From NCBI GenBank assembly GCA_964572155.1, contig CAZNDZ010000001.1, forward strand, positions 648,840-712,839: 64,000 nt of DNA, read 5' to 3'. Shown in pieces: positions 1 through 8,426 of this stretch. The stretch comes from an uncultured Planctomycetales bacterium. GTDB taxonomy: Bacteria > Omnitrophota > Gorgyraeia > Zapsychrales > Fredricksoniimonadaceae. Every line of letters starts with the position of its first letter. The first letter of the stretch is position 1. The notes under the pieces are model-generated. The model did not search any database. It was not told the origin of the DNA and saw only the letters and a program-made list of their open reading frames with translations. The position numbers and the translations under genes were made by a program.

Positions 1-189
1 CACGTGTCTTGGGTAGGTCTCTTTGATTCGTTTACAGTTTTGCCTATACAAATTTTCAATTGGGTTTCTCGTCCGCAAAAAGGATTTATTGCTTGTGCAG
101 CGGCGGGAATTATAGTACTTTTATTGATCACATTGTGCATGAATGCATTGGCGATTTATTTACGCCATAAAAATCAACGTCGGTGGTGA
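1..189 (+). CDS. pstA: phosphate ABC transporter permease PstA, C-terminal fragment (5' end lies outside window)
   Basis: Frame open from window edge to stop at 187-189; hydrophobic TM-like tail; directly upstream of pstB-phoU in canonical pst operon order. Confidence 0.45.
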   Translation, partial: HVSWVGLFDSFTVLPIQIFNWVSRPQKGFIACAAAGIIVLLLITLCMNALAIYLRHKNQRRW

Positions 190-190
190 T

Positions 191-955
191 ATGAATAAAG
201 CAGATCCAGTTTTTGATATCCAAGGCCTCTCTACATTTTACGGAAAAAAACAAGTGCTGCGAGAAGTGAGCATGAAAGTTTTGCCTAAGACGGTAACATC
301 ATTGATGGGGCCGTCGGGTTGTGGTAAGAGTACGTTGATCCGCTGTTTAAATCGCATGAATGATTTGGTGCCATCGTTTCGTTATGAAGGCGTTATGTTG
401 TACAAGAATAATGACCTTTATGATAAATCAATCGATGTGACAGATCTTCGTCGAGAGATTGGTATGGTTTTTCAAAGACCAAATCCTTTTCCAAAGAATA
501 TTTATGAAAATGTGGCTTATGGACTACGTATTCAAGGCATCAAAGAAAAATCCGTGTTAGATGCGGCTGTAGAAGATAGTTTAAAGAAGGCAGCGCTTTG
601 GGAAGAGGTCAAGGATCGTTTGAATGATTCTGCTTATGGTCTTTCTGGTGGGCAGCAGCAACGGTTATGTATTGCACGCACACTTGCGGTGAAGCCCAAA
701 GTCATTTTGTTCGACGAGCCATGTTCGGCCTTAGATCCCATTGCGACGAGTCGCATTGAAGAGCTGATTTCTGAATTGAAAAGCAATTATACAATTTTGA
801 TCGTAACGCATAATATGCAACAAGCTGCGCGAGTTTCCGATTATACGGCATTTTTATATTTAGGTGATTTAATTGAATTTGGACCAACCCAACGCATGTT
901 TACTGTTCCACAAGATAAGCGAACGGAAGCTTATTTAACAGGGCGTTTTGGTTAA
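191..955 (+). CDS. pstB: phosphate import ATP-binding protein PstB
   Basis: Walker [13 protein letters not shown] signature LSGGQQQRL, Walker B ILFDEP, N-terminal [18 protein letters not shown] typical of PstB; start taken at ATG 191 rather than in-frame ATG 143, which overlaps pstA. Confidence 0.95.
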   Translation: MNKADPVFDIQGLSTFYGKKQVLREVSMKVLPKTVTSLMGPSGCGKSTLIRCLNRMNDLVPSFRYEGVMLYKNNDLYDKSIDVTDLRREIGMVFQRPNPFPKNIYENVAYGLRIQGIKEKSVLDAAVEDSLKKAALWEEVKDRLNDSAYGLSGGQQQRLCIARTLAVKPKVILFDEPCSALDPIATSRIEELISELKSNYTILIVTHNMQQAARVSDYTAFLYLGDLIEFGPTQRMFTVPQDKRTEAYLTGRFG

Positions 956-970
956 TTGAAAGGATGACGC

Positions 971-1633
971 ATGTTACGAGAAAAATTAGTTGATTTAAAA
1001 CGCCATTTGCTTGAAGACGCGGCATTGGTTGAAGATATGATCGCCAAAAGTATTCGGGGTTTGAGTGAAAAGAACGAAGTTTTGCTCTTGGAAGTCGTTA
1101 ATACGGAAGAACCTAAGGCCAATGATTACGATCGTGAGATCGACGAGATGTGTGTGGAATTAATCGCACAATATGAGCCTGTGGCCCGCGATTTACGCAT
1201 GGTCATCATGATTATCAAGATGAATAAAGATTTAGAGCGCATTGCGGATCATGCTGTCAATGTTTGTGAGAGTGCTTTATTTCTCATCAATAAACCTAGC
1301 TTGCAACCTCTCGAAGATTTGAAATTAATGGGGGATAATGCTGTTCATATGCTCAAAGATAGTATCAACGCGTTTGTTAATGAAAACGTACAATTAGCCA
1401 ATGCCGTTTTAGAGCGCGATAATATCGTCGATACTGCTGGTGATGCAATCCTTAAAGAATTAACTGAGCTTATGCGTGCACAAAAAGAAGTCATTCCCCG
1501 CGCCTTACACGTCATGCGCATTGCACATAATTTAGAACGCATCGCTGATTTAGCGACGAATATCTCCGAGGAAGTTATCTATATTGTCGAGGGGCGCGAC
1601 ATTAAACATCATCATGTGGATGAGCAATCGTAA
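971..1633 (+). CDS. phoU: phosphate transport system regulator PhoU
   Basis: 220 aa with the two PhoU repeats (…DLERIADHAVNV… and …NLERIADLATNI…); follows pstB. Confidence 0.9.
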   Translation: MLREKLVDLKRHLLEDAALVEDMIAKSIRGLSEKNEVLLLEVVNTEEPKANDYDREIDEMCVELIAQYEPVARDLRMVIMIIKMNKDLERIADHAVNVCESALFLINKPSLQPLEDLKLMGDNAVHMLKDSINAFVNENVQLANAVLERDNIVDTAGDAILKELTELMRAQKEVIPRALHVMRIAHNLERIADLATNISEEVIYIVEGRDIKHHHVDEQS

Positions 1634-1690
1634 CTCGACTATGATTGACTTAGAAAAGTATTGATGCTATATTTTAGTTGGGATTAAAAT

Positions 1691-1906
1691 ATGTTTAAAC
1701 GAATTCTAGATAATGATGCTTTTGTAACAAAAAATGCAGACCAAATTGTTAAGAAGTATGGTCGCAAGACGATAGTTATTTGTAAAGGGGAAATTTTTTC
1801 AGGGTTGAAGGCTATGGAGCGCGCCCGAAGGAAGTTTCCAAAATCCATCCCTATGTTGTTTTCTGTGCCGCCAAGAGAAATGTTTACACATGGCTTTTTA
1901 TTATGA
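1691..1906 (+). CDS. hypothetical small protein (71 aa); its stop overlaps the next start (ATGA)
   Basis: ORF only; appears translationally coupled to the downstream aspartic protease gene; no recognisable motif. Confidence 0.3.
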   Translation: MFKRILDNDAFVTKNADQIVKKYGRKTIVICKGEIFSGLKAMERARRKFPKSIPMLFSVPPREMFTHGFLL

Positions 1907-2301
1907 GCCAAGCGGTATCTTACCCGTATAAAAGATTCTTTAATAATTATTATCCTATTATTAAAATTCATTTTCAGAGTCCCAGTGGAATTTCTGAGAC
2001 AGAGGCATATATTGATTCTGGAGCAAGTGTATCTATTTTTAATGTTTCCGTCGCACAAGAATTAGATATTGATTATCGGACTGGAAGAAAGCATGCCGTT
2101 TTGGTGGGTAACGGGGCATCAATATTTACCTATATCCATAAGATAAAAATGAAAATTGCTGGTGTTTGGCTTAAAGTAACAGTTGGGTTCTCTCCTGATC
2201 TAGGATCATCGATTAACTTGCTTGGGCAAAAAGATGTTTTTAATAAATTCAAGATCACATTTGATGGGAAAAATAAGAAAATAATATTTATTCCTCATTA
2301 A
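1903..2301 (+). CDS. retropepsin-like (clan AA) single-domain aspartic protease
   Basis: 132 aa with catalytic-type motif IDSGAS (D-S/T-G-A) and a downstream hydrophobic flap-like region; matches bacterial retropepsin-like small proteins. Confidence 0.6.
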   Translation: MSQAVSYPYKRFFNNYYPIIKIHFQSPSGISETEAYIDSGASVSIFNVSVAQELDIDYRTGRKHAVLVGNGASIFTYIHKIKMKIAGVWLKVTVGFSPDLGSSINLLGQKDVFNKFKITFDGKNKKIIFIPH

Positions 2302-2358
2302 ATTCCATTTAGTTTAAAAAGTGCTAGAAAAAACTTTGTAATGCGTTAATGTATTTGT

Positions 2359-3696
2359 ATGCACCCTTTAGAGTTACGCAGATTATTACCACAAGATTTA
2401 AAACCTCTTAATACGTTAAGTGATTACAAAGCGATTGGTGGTGGCGAAGGTTACAAGCGCGCTCTATCCATGTCGCCAACCGACGTCATCGCTGAAATTA
2501 AAAAAGCTAATTTGCGTGGTCGTGGTGGTGCGGGTTTCCCAACAGCGATCAAATGGGGTGGTGTTCGCAATGAACCTTGCCCAACAAAATATGTAGCCTG
2601 TAATTTTTCCGAAGGTGAGCCAGGCACCTACAAAGACCGTTATAATATCCTCATTAATCCATACCATTTATTCGAAGGCATTGCGATTGCGCTTTATGCC
2701 ATTGGTGCCAAAGAAGCTTATATAGGTATAAAGAAAAAGTATACCCCGCAAGTTAAGCGCCTTTTTGCTGCCCGCAGAGAAATGGAAGCGGCAGGCATGA
2801 TTCCTAAAGGCTTAATTAAGATACACTTAGGTCCGGACGAATATTTGTTTGGTGAAGAAAAGGGTTTAATTGAGTCTATTGACGGCCGTTACCCCATGCC
2901 GCGCAATATCCCACCCTTTATCCAAGGGATTAATTTTCAACCGGGATCACCCAATCCAACCTGCGTTAACAATGTTGAAACATTTTGCCAAGCCGCCTAT
3001 ATATTAAGGAAGGGAGCCGATGATTTTAAGTCTGTTGGCTCTGAAGATACCCCTGGAACAGTCATGTGCACTGTGTGTGGCGATGTGCAAAGGCCTGGTG
3101 TATATGAACTTCCAGCTGGAAAAGTAACCTTAAAACAGTTAATTTATGATATTGCTGGTGGTCCAGCGGGTAAATTTCCTATAAAAGCGGTATTTTCAGG
3201 TGTGGCCAGTGGTGTTGTCACCCCAGAACGCTTTGATACACCCCTTGATTTTGGTTCCATGAAAAAAGTGGGTGGTGGTTTAGGTTCCGGTGGTTTTATT
3301 GTTTATGATCAAAGCGCATGTATGGTTCAAACAGCTTTAAAGTTTAGTAATTTCCTAGCCAAAAGTTCTTGCGGCCAATGCGTTCCCTGCAATCGTGGCA
3401 CCGCGCACATCACAGAATATTTAAAGAAAATAGAAATGGGGCAAGGCAGTGCGGATGATTTAGAAGCGATTTTCGAAATCAGCGGCCGTTGCACAAACCA
3501 AACACGTTGCTTCTTGCCAACACAGGAAAGTATCCTTATCCCTAGTATTATCAAGACGTTTAGCGCGGAGTTTAAAGCACATATCGACGGGAAAAGAGAT
3601 CCCAATGAACGTGATTTGATCTTGCCTAAATTACATGAATACCACGCAGATAGCGTCGCCTTCAGCTACGATGACCCTGCCAAGTTTGCTGTTTAA
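2359..3696 (+). CDS. NuoF-family NADH-binding FMN/4Fe-4S flavoprotein (complex I 51-kDa subunit homolog), solitary
   Basis: 445 aa; FMN-site GRGGAGFPTAIKW, NuoF-like EGEPGTYKDRY region, Cys cluster SCGQCVPCNRGT; no nuoE/nuoG-like neighbours in window. Confidence 0.8.
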   Translation: MHPLELRRLLPQDLKPLNTLSDYKAIGGGEGYKRALSMSPTDVIAEIKKANLRGRGGAGFPTAIKWGGVRNEPCPTKYVACNFSEGEPGTYKDRYNILINPYHLFEGIAIALYAIGAKEAYIGIKKKYTPQVKRLFAARREMEAAGMIPKGLIKIHLGPDEYLFGEEKGLIESIDGRYPMPRNIPPFIQGINFQPGSPNPTCVNNVETFCQAAYILRKGADDFKSVGSEDTPGTVMCTVCGDVQRPGVYELPAGKVTLKQLIYDIAGGPAGKFPIKAVFSGVASGVVTPERFDTPLDFGSMKKVGGGLGSGGFIVYDQSACMVQTALKFSNFLAKSSCGQCVPCNRGTAHITEYLKKIEMGQGSADDLEAIFEISGRCTNQTRCFLPTQESILIPSIIKTFSAEFKAHIDGKRDPNERDLILPKLHEYHADSVAFSYDDPAKFAV

Positions 3697-3725
3697 CCCA
3701 TCTAGAAAAATTTTTCTAAAAATCG

Positions 3726-3754
3726 TTGACAACGCTTTCTCGCTATGTAAAAAT
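3726..3754 (+). promoter_or_regulatory. possible sigma70-type promoter for porin gene (weak -10)
   Basis: TTGACA at 3726-3731 followed 16-17 nt later by an A-rich TAAAAA/AAAAAT hexamer; would give a roughly 170-nt leader. Confidence 0.2.
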
Positions 3755-3922
3755 TAAAACACTTTACACCCAGGTGATCTAAATTATAGCCGCGAAAGGA
3801 GGGATTACATAAATCGGTTGATGGGTCATCAGACGGGGTCTATGTCGTAAGAAACTAAGGTCTGTTATAGATCCTAGATATATATATAAAATTAACTTCC
3901 TGAAATTTTTTGGAGGATTCAA

Positions 3923-5365
3923 ATGAGAAATAAATTCATGTTAGCTTTAGCTGCGTTGATCTTCGTATCAGCACCAGCTTTCGCTGCAGTTCAAAACGTA
4001 AAAGTGTCCGGTGATATCGATACATGGGCTATCAACCGTGATAATTTCAACTTAGGCCAAAAAACTTTAACTGGTGCTGGTATTGCTAGCAACCCAGTTG
4101 GTTTAGAAAGCCAAAGTTTAGTCGCTACCCAAACCCGCATCAAGATCGAAGCGGATTTAAGCGATAACGTTTCTACAACGATTCGTTTATTAAATGAAAC
4201 TGCTTGGGGTAATGCAAACAGAATCATTGGTACCGGTGGTGGTACAGCGTCTGATGTTTCTTTAGATCAAGCTTATGCTACCTTACGTGAATTCTTATAT
4301 TCACCTTTAACTGTAAGCGTTGGTCGTCAAGACTTCGTTTATGGTAATGGTTTCATCTTAGGTGGTAATGGTCCTAACAATGTTGCTGTTAACACAGGTT
4401 TAAACAACATTGCTAAGGACTTAAGCAAAGATAACACGGTTAACGATGGTGTTAAGCTTATTTTCGATTACAAGCCATTAACATTAGATGTTATCTACTA
4501 CAAGAACAACCAACGTTTATTCACTGGTAATGCCATCTCAGATAAAACTACTTCTGATGTTTATGGTTTGAACGCAAATTACCAATTAGGTGATTCTAAG
4601 AATAGCGTTGTTGAAGGTTACTTATTCGCAAGAGTTGATGGTAACGATGTTACAACAACTGTTACAGAAAAAGGTGATACCTTATTCGTTCCTGGTTTGC
4701 GCGTTAGCACAAACCCTGTCAAAGGTTTAACCACATCAGCTGAAGTTGCATGGCAATTAGGCAACAAGACAGTCAATGCTGGTGGTGTTGACCAAGGTGA
4801 AAACCGCACCGCTTTCGCTTATCAATTGATGGCTAATTATGCAATTGAAAATGACAGCGTTGCTAAGTACAAACCAAGCGTTAGCGCTTCTTACACACAT
4901 ACTTCAGGTGATAAGAATGCTGGGGCTAACTCTGGCACAGATGATGTTAAGTCTGCAAAGAATTACTCAGCTTGGGATCCATTTGCTGAAGGTCAAAACG
5001 GAGGCACCATCTACAACTCCTTATTCTCCTTAAGCAACTTGAATATCTTATCTTTAGGCGCACAAGTTACTCCTATCGAAGATGTTGTTGCATCATTCGC
5101 ATGGAGTAATTTGATGGCTGATAAGAAATACCGTGGTGGCAATGCATTAGCCATCTCACAACCAGATAGTTCTACAGGTTTAACACCTGCAACTACTGGC
5201 AGCAAGGCATTAGGTAATGAATACGATGTTAATGTCAACTATGCTTACACTGAAGATGTAACCTTAGGTTTATCTTTAGGTTGGTTCGTTGCTGGTAATA
5301 CATTTACCGGTGCAAACGATTCAACAGCTAGCCAAGCGTTAGCTCATGTTAACGTTAATTTCTAA
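3923..5365 (+). CDS. outer-membrane beta-barrel porin-like protein
   Basis: Signal peptide MRNKFMLALAALIFVSAPAFA/AV; amphipathic beta-strand periodicity; C-terminal ...HVNVNF aromatic terminus typical of OMP barrels; GGAGG RBS at 3912-3916. Confidence 0.6.
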   Translation: MRNKFMLALAALIFVSAPAFAAVQNVKVSGDIDTWAINRDNFNLGQKTLTGAGIASNPVGLESQSLVATQTRIKIEADLSDNVSTTIRLLNETAWGNANRIIGTGGGTASDVSLDQAYATLREFLYSPLTVSVGRQDFVYGNGFILGGNGPNNVAVNTGLNNIAKDLSKDNTVNDGVKLIFDYKPLTLDVIYYKNNQRLFTGNAISDKTTSDVYGLNANYQLGDSKNSVVEGYLFARVDGNDVTTTVTEKGDTLFVPGLRVSTNPVKGLTTSAEVAWQLGNKTVNAGGVDQGENRTAFAYQLMANYAIENDSVAKYKPSVSASYTHTSGDKNAGANSGTDDVKSAKNYSAWDPFAEGQNGGTIYNSLFSLSNLNILSLGAQVTPIEDVVASFAWSNLMADKKYRGGNALAISQPDSSTGLTPATTGSKALGNEYDVNVNYAYTEDVTLGLSLGWFVAGNTFTGANDSTASQALAHVNVNF

Positions 5366-5392
5366 TTAGTTAGAAATCGTTAATTGTTTTGC

Positions 5393-5428
5393 AAAACCCC
5401 CGTCAGATTATGACGGGGGTTTTGTTTT
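5393..5428 (+). terminator. rho-independent terminator after porin gene
   Basis: AAAACCCCCGTC-agattatg-ACGGGGGTTTTGTTTT: GC-rich stem plus U-tract, read directly. Confidence 0.75.
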
Positions 5429-5580
5429 ATATGCATGTCCCGTCGAGAATAACATTTCCACTCACAAAAATTTTTCACTTTTCTTTTTGCATTTTCATTT
5501 TCTTTGCTAATATAAAAGTTGATCAAAATTTTTAGTTCATAACTTTATATTTATTAATAGCTTAAAGAGATTGGGGTAGC

Positions 5581-6156
5581 ATGACCCGTGATGAGATATA
5601 CGACCACCTTGCCAAGGTCTATTTAGGCAAGAAAGAAAACGTCGCCCAGAAACAGAAGAAACAGCAGGTTAACCAGTCATGGTTGGTGATCAATATTGTG
5701 ATCACAACAGTGATTGTGCTCTCGACGGTGTATGGCTTCACAGCTTTCTTATCTCGTCGAGCTGGGTTGCATAATCAGGTTTATTATGAATTAAATAATA
5801 ACCTGATTAAAGTTGGTTATGATTTAAATGATCCGTTTCCGTCGACAAAAACATTTGCAATCACGTTGCCGGAAAAAGATGCTAGTAAGTATAGCAAGTT
5901 AAATATGCGCATCCGTGGCCTTAACGGCGGGTATCCCGGTGTGGTTAAGTTAGTTGTGAATAATCAGCGTAATGAACGCGCAACGTATTACATCAAAGAT
6001 GTTGGGGCGCAATGGCAGAAGGTGGCTATCCCATTTGATAAATTGAATTTAAGTGACTGGAGCAATGTAACGGAAGTGGCTTTCGTTTTGGAAGCATGGA
6101 ACATGGATTTTAAGCAAGGCGCAATGCTCGTCGACGATGTTAGCTTTTCAAACTAA
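5581..6156 (+). CDS. membrane-anchored protein with C-terminal beta-sandwich carbohydrate-binding-module-like domain
   Basis: Basic N-terminal tail (KKENVAQKQKKQQ), one TM helix (WLVINIVITTVIVLSTVYGF), then about 120 aa ending ...AMLVDDVSFSN, reminiscent of galactose-binding-like/CBM folds (weak assignment). Confidence 0.35.
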   Translation: MTRDEIYDHLAKVYLGKKENVAQKQKKQQVNQSWLVINIVITTVIVLSTVYGFTAFLSRRAGLHNQVYYELNNNLIKVGYDLNDPFPSTKTFAITLPEKDASKYSKLNMRIRGLNGGYPGVVKLVVNNQRNERATYYIKDVGAQWQKVAIPFDKLNLSDWSNVTEVAFVLEAWNMDFKQGAMLVDDVSFSN

Positions 6157-6177
6157 GGACCTATAAGGAAAAAGAAT

Positions 6178-7413
6178 ATGAAAATAATCTCGATTGCAAA
6201 TCAAAAAGGTGGATGCGGTAAAACAACCACCGCCATTAACTTGGCCTCCGCGTTGGCATATCATGGGCAAAAAGTTTTGCTCATTGATCTAGATCCGCAA
6301 GCGCATGCCACGTTGGGTTTAAACATCGACGATGCTAACAGCCTTTATAATGTCATTTCTAAATTGACCCCACGCAAATTACGTATCAAAGATATTATCA
6401 CCCGCGCGGATAAAACATTTGATGTTGTGCCTTCTAACGTTTTGGTTGGTACATTGGAACAAGAATTAGCCGAAGAAATTGGACGTGAACTCAAATTGCT
6501 CGACGTGTTAAATGAAATCCGCGGTATTTATGATTACATTTTAATCGATTGTCCGCCATCGCTTGGTTTCTTGACAGTTAATGCGATCCGTGCAAGTAAT
6601 GAAGTGATTATTCCTGTTGAAACAAGCCGTTTCTCCATGCAAGGCGTTGATCACTTGCATGACATCATTTTCTTAATCCGTGACCGTTTAAATCATCCGG
6701 TTACAAGCAGAGTTCTCATCACCATGTTTGATTCTCGTTTGCGCCATTCATTTACCATGTTGGCGAAGATGAAAGATAAATTTGGTAAATTGCTTTATGA
6801 TACCATCGTCCATGTCAACGTGAAGCTCAAGGAAGCGGCTGTTATGGGTGAAGCGGTATTGAAATATGACAAATATTGCCGTGGATCAAAAGATTATTTA
6901 AGTTTAGGCCGCGAGATCTTGACCGACGATAAGGTGCTCTTAAAAGACGAGAGAGAGCAAAAAGTTAAAGCGCCAAGACCTGCCGTTGTGGTGGCCCAAG
7001 AACAAGTTGTTGAAGAAACAATCCATGAAGCAGAAAATGAACCCGTCGAAGAAGTCATTGCTAAGGCTGTGGCAGAAGCGATGGAAGAAACAAAAGAATA
7101 TCAACCATCTGAACGCATGCAAGAAATTGTCACCAAAGAAACCGCCGCGTTTGTTGGTTCTGCGTTATTTAAGTTAAATGCACCAAGCGCACAATCTGTG
7201 TTTGTGACAGGTTCATTTAATGATTGGTCGTTGGATGAATCTTGCCGCATGAAGAATATCGGTGGCGTTTGGACGTTGCAATTGCCGCTAAAGCCAGGGA
7301 TGTATAAATATCAATTCATCGTCGATGGTAAATGGCAAGAAGATCCAGAAAATAAATTGACCGAACGCAATTCTTTTGGGGATATTAACTCCTTGGTTGA
7401 GGTTCAAGGATAA
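6178..7413 (+). CDS. ParA/MinD-family P-loop ATPase fused to a C-terminal AMPK-beta-type glycogen-binding domain (CBM48)
   Basis: Deviant Walker A KGGCGKTTTAINLA and ParA-like body to about aa 250; acidic linker; C-terminal ...SVFVTGSFNDWSLDE...VWTLQLPLKPGMYKYQFIVDGKWQEDPEN... matches hallmark residues of the AMPK beta-subunit GBD/CBM48. Confidence 0.85.
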   Translation: MKIISIANQKGGCGKTTTAINLASALAYHGQKVLLIDLDPQAHATLGLNIDDANSLYNVISKLTPRKLRIKDIITRADKTFDVVPSNVLVGTLEQELAEEIGRELKLLDVLNEIRGIYDYILIDCPPSLGFLTVNAIRASNEVIIPVETSRFSMQGVDHLHDIIFLIRDRLNHPVTSRVLITMFDSRLRHSFTMLAKMKDKFGKLLYDTIVHVNVKLKEAAVMGEAVLKYDKYCRGSKDYLSLGREILTDDKVLLKDEREQKVKAPRPAVVVAQEQVVEETIHEAENEPVEEVIAKAVAEAMEETKEYQPSERMQEIVTKETAAFVGSALFKLNAPSAQSVFVTGSFNDWSLDESCRMKNIGGVWTLQLPLKPGMYKYQFIVDGKWQEDPENKLTERNSFGDINSLVEVQG

Positions 7414-7739
7414 TGTCGCATAGTAACAAGCCGTTTTTTAAAGAAGATATCATGGACGGCAAAATGTATGCGGTATTAGCGTATCTCTCAATCCTTTGCA
7501 TCATCCCACTTATCTTAAAGAAGAAGAATCCATTCGTCTTAGCTCATGGCAAGCAAGGCTTGGTGCTTTTTGTGGCCCAAGTCGGCGTGCTTATTTTATC
7601 TATTGTTTTGCCGTGGTGTTTTGGTCCGTTGATGTTTGTGCTCATGGTCTTTTCTTTCTGGGGTATGATTGCTGTTATCCGTGGTGACATGGTTGATCTA
7701 CCCATCGTTGCAGGCATCTCCCAAAAAATCGATTTATAA
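7413..7739 (+). CDS. DUF4870-like small integral membrane protein
   Basis: ...MYAVLAYLSILCIIPLI...NPFVLAHGKQGLVLF... pattern characteristic of DUF4870; about 3 TM segments. Confidence 0.45.
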   Translation: MSHSNKPFFKEDIMDGKMYAVLAYLSILCIIPLILKKKNPFVLAHGKQGLVLFVAQVGVLILSIVLPWCFGPLMFVLMVFSFWGMIAVIRGDMVDLPIVAGISQKIDL

Positions 7740-7742
7740 CTT

Positions 7743-8228
7743 ATGTTTAAAAAAATCGTTGATGTCCTCAAAGAGGTTTTTTGGTTAAAAAAATCTAAAC
7801 GGCAATCCACACGCAAGGTTGCAGCTAAAACCACTAAAAAAACCACGAAGAAATCAGCTAAGAAGCCCACCAAGCCGCTTAAAGTTGTAAAACCAGCCAA
7901 ACCATTAAAAGAAAAGAAGGCGCCGGAAAAAGCCGCGCCAGCCCCTAAAGTTGTTAAGCCAAAAAAAAGTGATTTAGATCCAGCATTAAAGCCGATGGGT
8001 GAGATCACGCATTATTTTGATCGCATTAAGGTTGCGGTATTGAAAATAAATCAGGGGACAGTGCTCATTGGTGATAAATTAACCGTGGTAACGCCAAAAT
8101 ATAAGTTTGTTCAAAAGATTTGGTCCATGCAAATTGAGAGTCAAGATGTGAAGGTGGCCAAGAAGGGGCAGTTAATCGGGATTAAGATTGATAAGGCAGT
8201 CGCTGCCGGCGACATTGTGTATAAATAG
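7743..8228 (+). CDS. lysine-rich histone-H1-like protein with C-terminal small beta-barrel-like domain
   Basis: N-terminal half K/A/P/T-rich (KTTKKTTKKSAKKPTKPLKVVKPAKPLKEKKAPEKAAPAPKVVKPKK); C-terminal about 80 aa ...GTVLIGDKLTVV...GQLIGIKID...GDIVYK. Confidence 0.45.
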   Translation: MFKKIVDVLKEVFWLKKSKRQSTRKVAAKTTKKTTKKSAKKPTKPLKVVKPAKPLKEKKAPEKAAPAPKVVKPKKSDLDPALKPMGEITHYFDRIKVAVLKINQGTVLIGDKLTVVTPKYKFVQKIWSMQIESQDVKVAKKGQLIGIKIDKAVAAGDIVYK

Positions 8229-8249
8229 GATATGTGGTATATTTTGCAT

Positions 8250-8423
8250 ATGAATAAACGCGCTCAAAACACCATAGAATATCTTTTGTTAGTTGTCGCT
8301 ATGATTACCGTTATGATTATCTTCTTGGCACCAAATGGTAAATATCAGAAAGGTATGCAAAATACCTTGAATCAAGTAACTACCGATGCTATCGCTAAAG
8401 CCAATTCAGAAATCCTTTTTTAA
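8250..8423 (+). CDS. Flp/Fap-like type IVb pilin candidate (class III signal-peptide-like)
   Basis: Basic leader MNKRAQNT then IEYLLLVVAMITVMIIFLA (Flp-motif-like T-x-IEY plus hydrophobic helix); an in-frame upstream ATG at 8232 is an alternative start. Confidence 0.3.
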   Translation: MNKRAQNTIEYLLLVVAMITVMIIFLAPNGKYQKGMQNTLNQVTTDAIAKANSEILF

Positions 8424-8426
8424 GCC

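Noticed and set aside
143-190. Upstream in-frame extension of the pstB ORF ([16 protein letters not shown]...)
   Set aside because: Overlaps the pstA 3' end; the conserved PstB N-terminus begins at ATG 191 ([13 protein letters not shown]...).
1684-2058. 124-aa minus-strand ORF
   Set aside because: Antisense to the 71-aa ORF and the retropepsin-like gene, which carries a recognisable catalytic motif; low-complexity translation.
6986-7177. Lysine-rich 63-aa ORF in an alternate frame within the ParA-CBM48 gene (and the antisense 6940-7122 ORF)
   Set aside because: Out-of-frame reading of the acidic E-rich linker coding region (GAA/GAG runs read as AAG/AAA); the main frame has strong domain evidence on both sides.
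7544-8008. 154-aa minus-strand ORF spanning the DUF4870 and H1-like genes
   Set aside because: Antisense reading of the lysine-codon-rich region produces a long open frame; no start context; the + strand genes have recognisable features.
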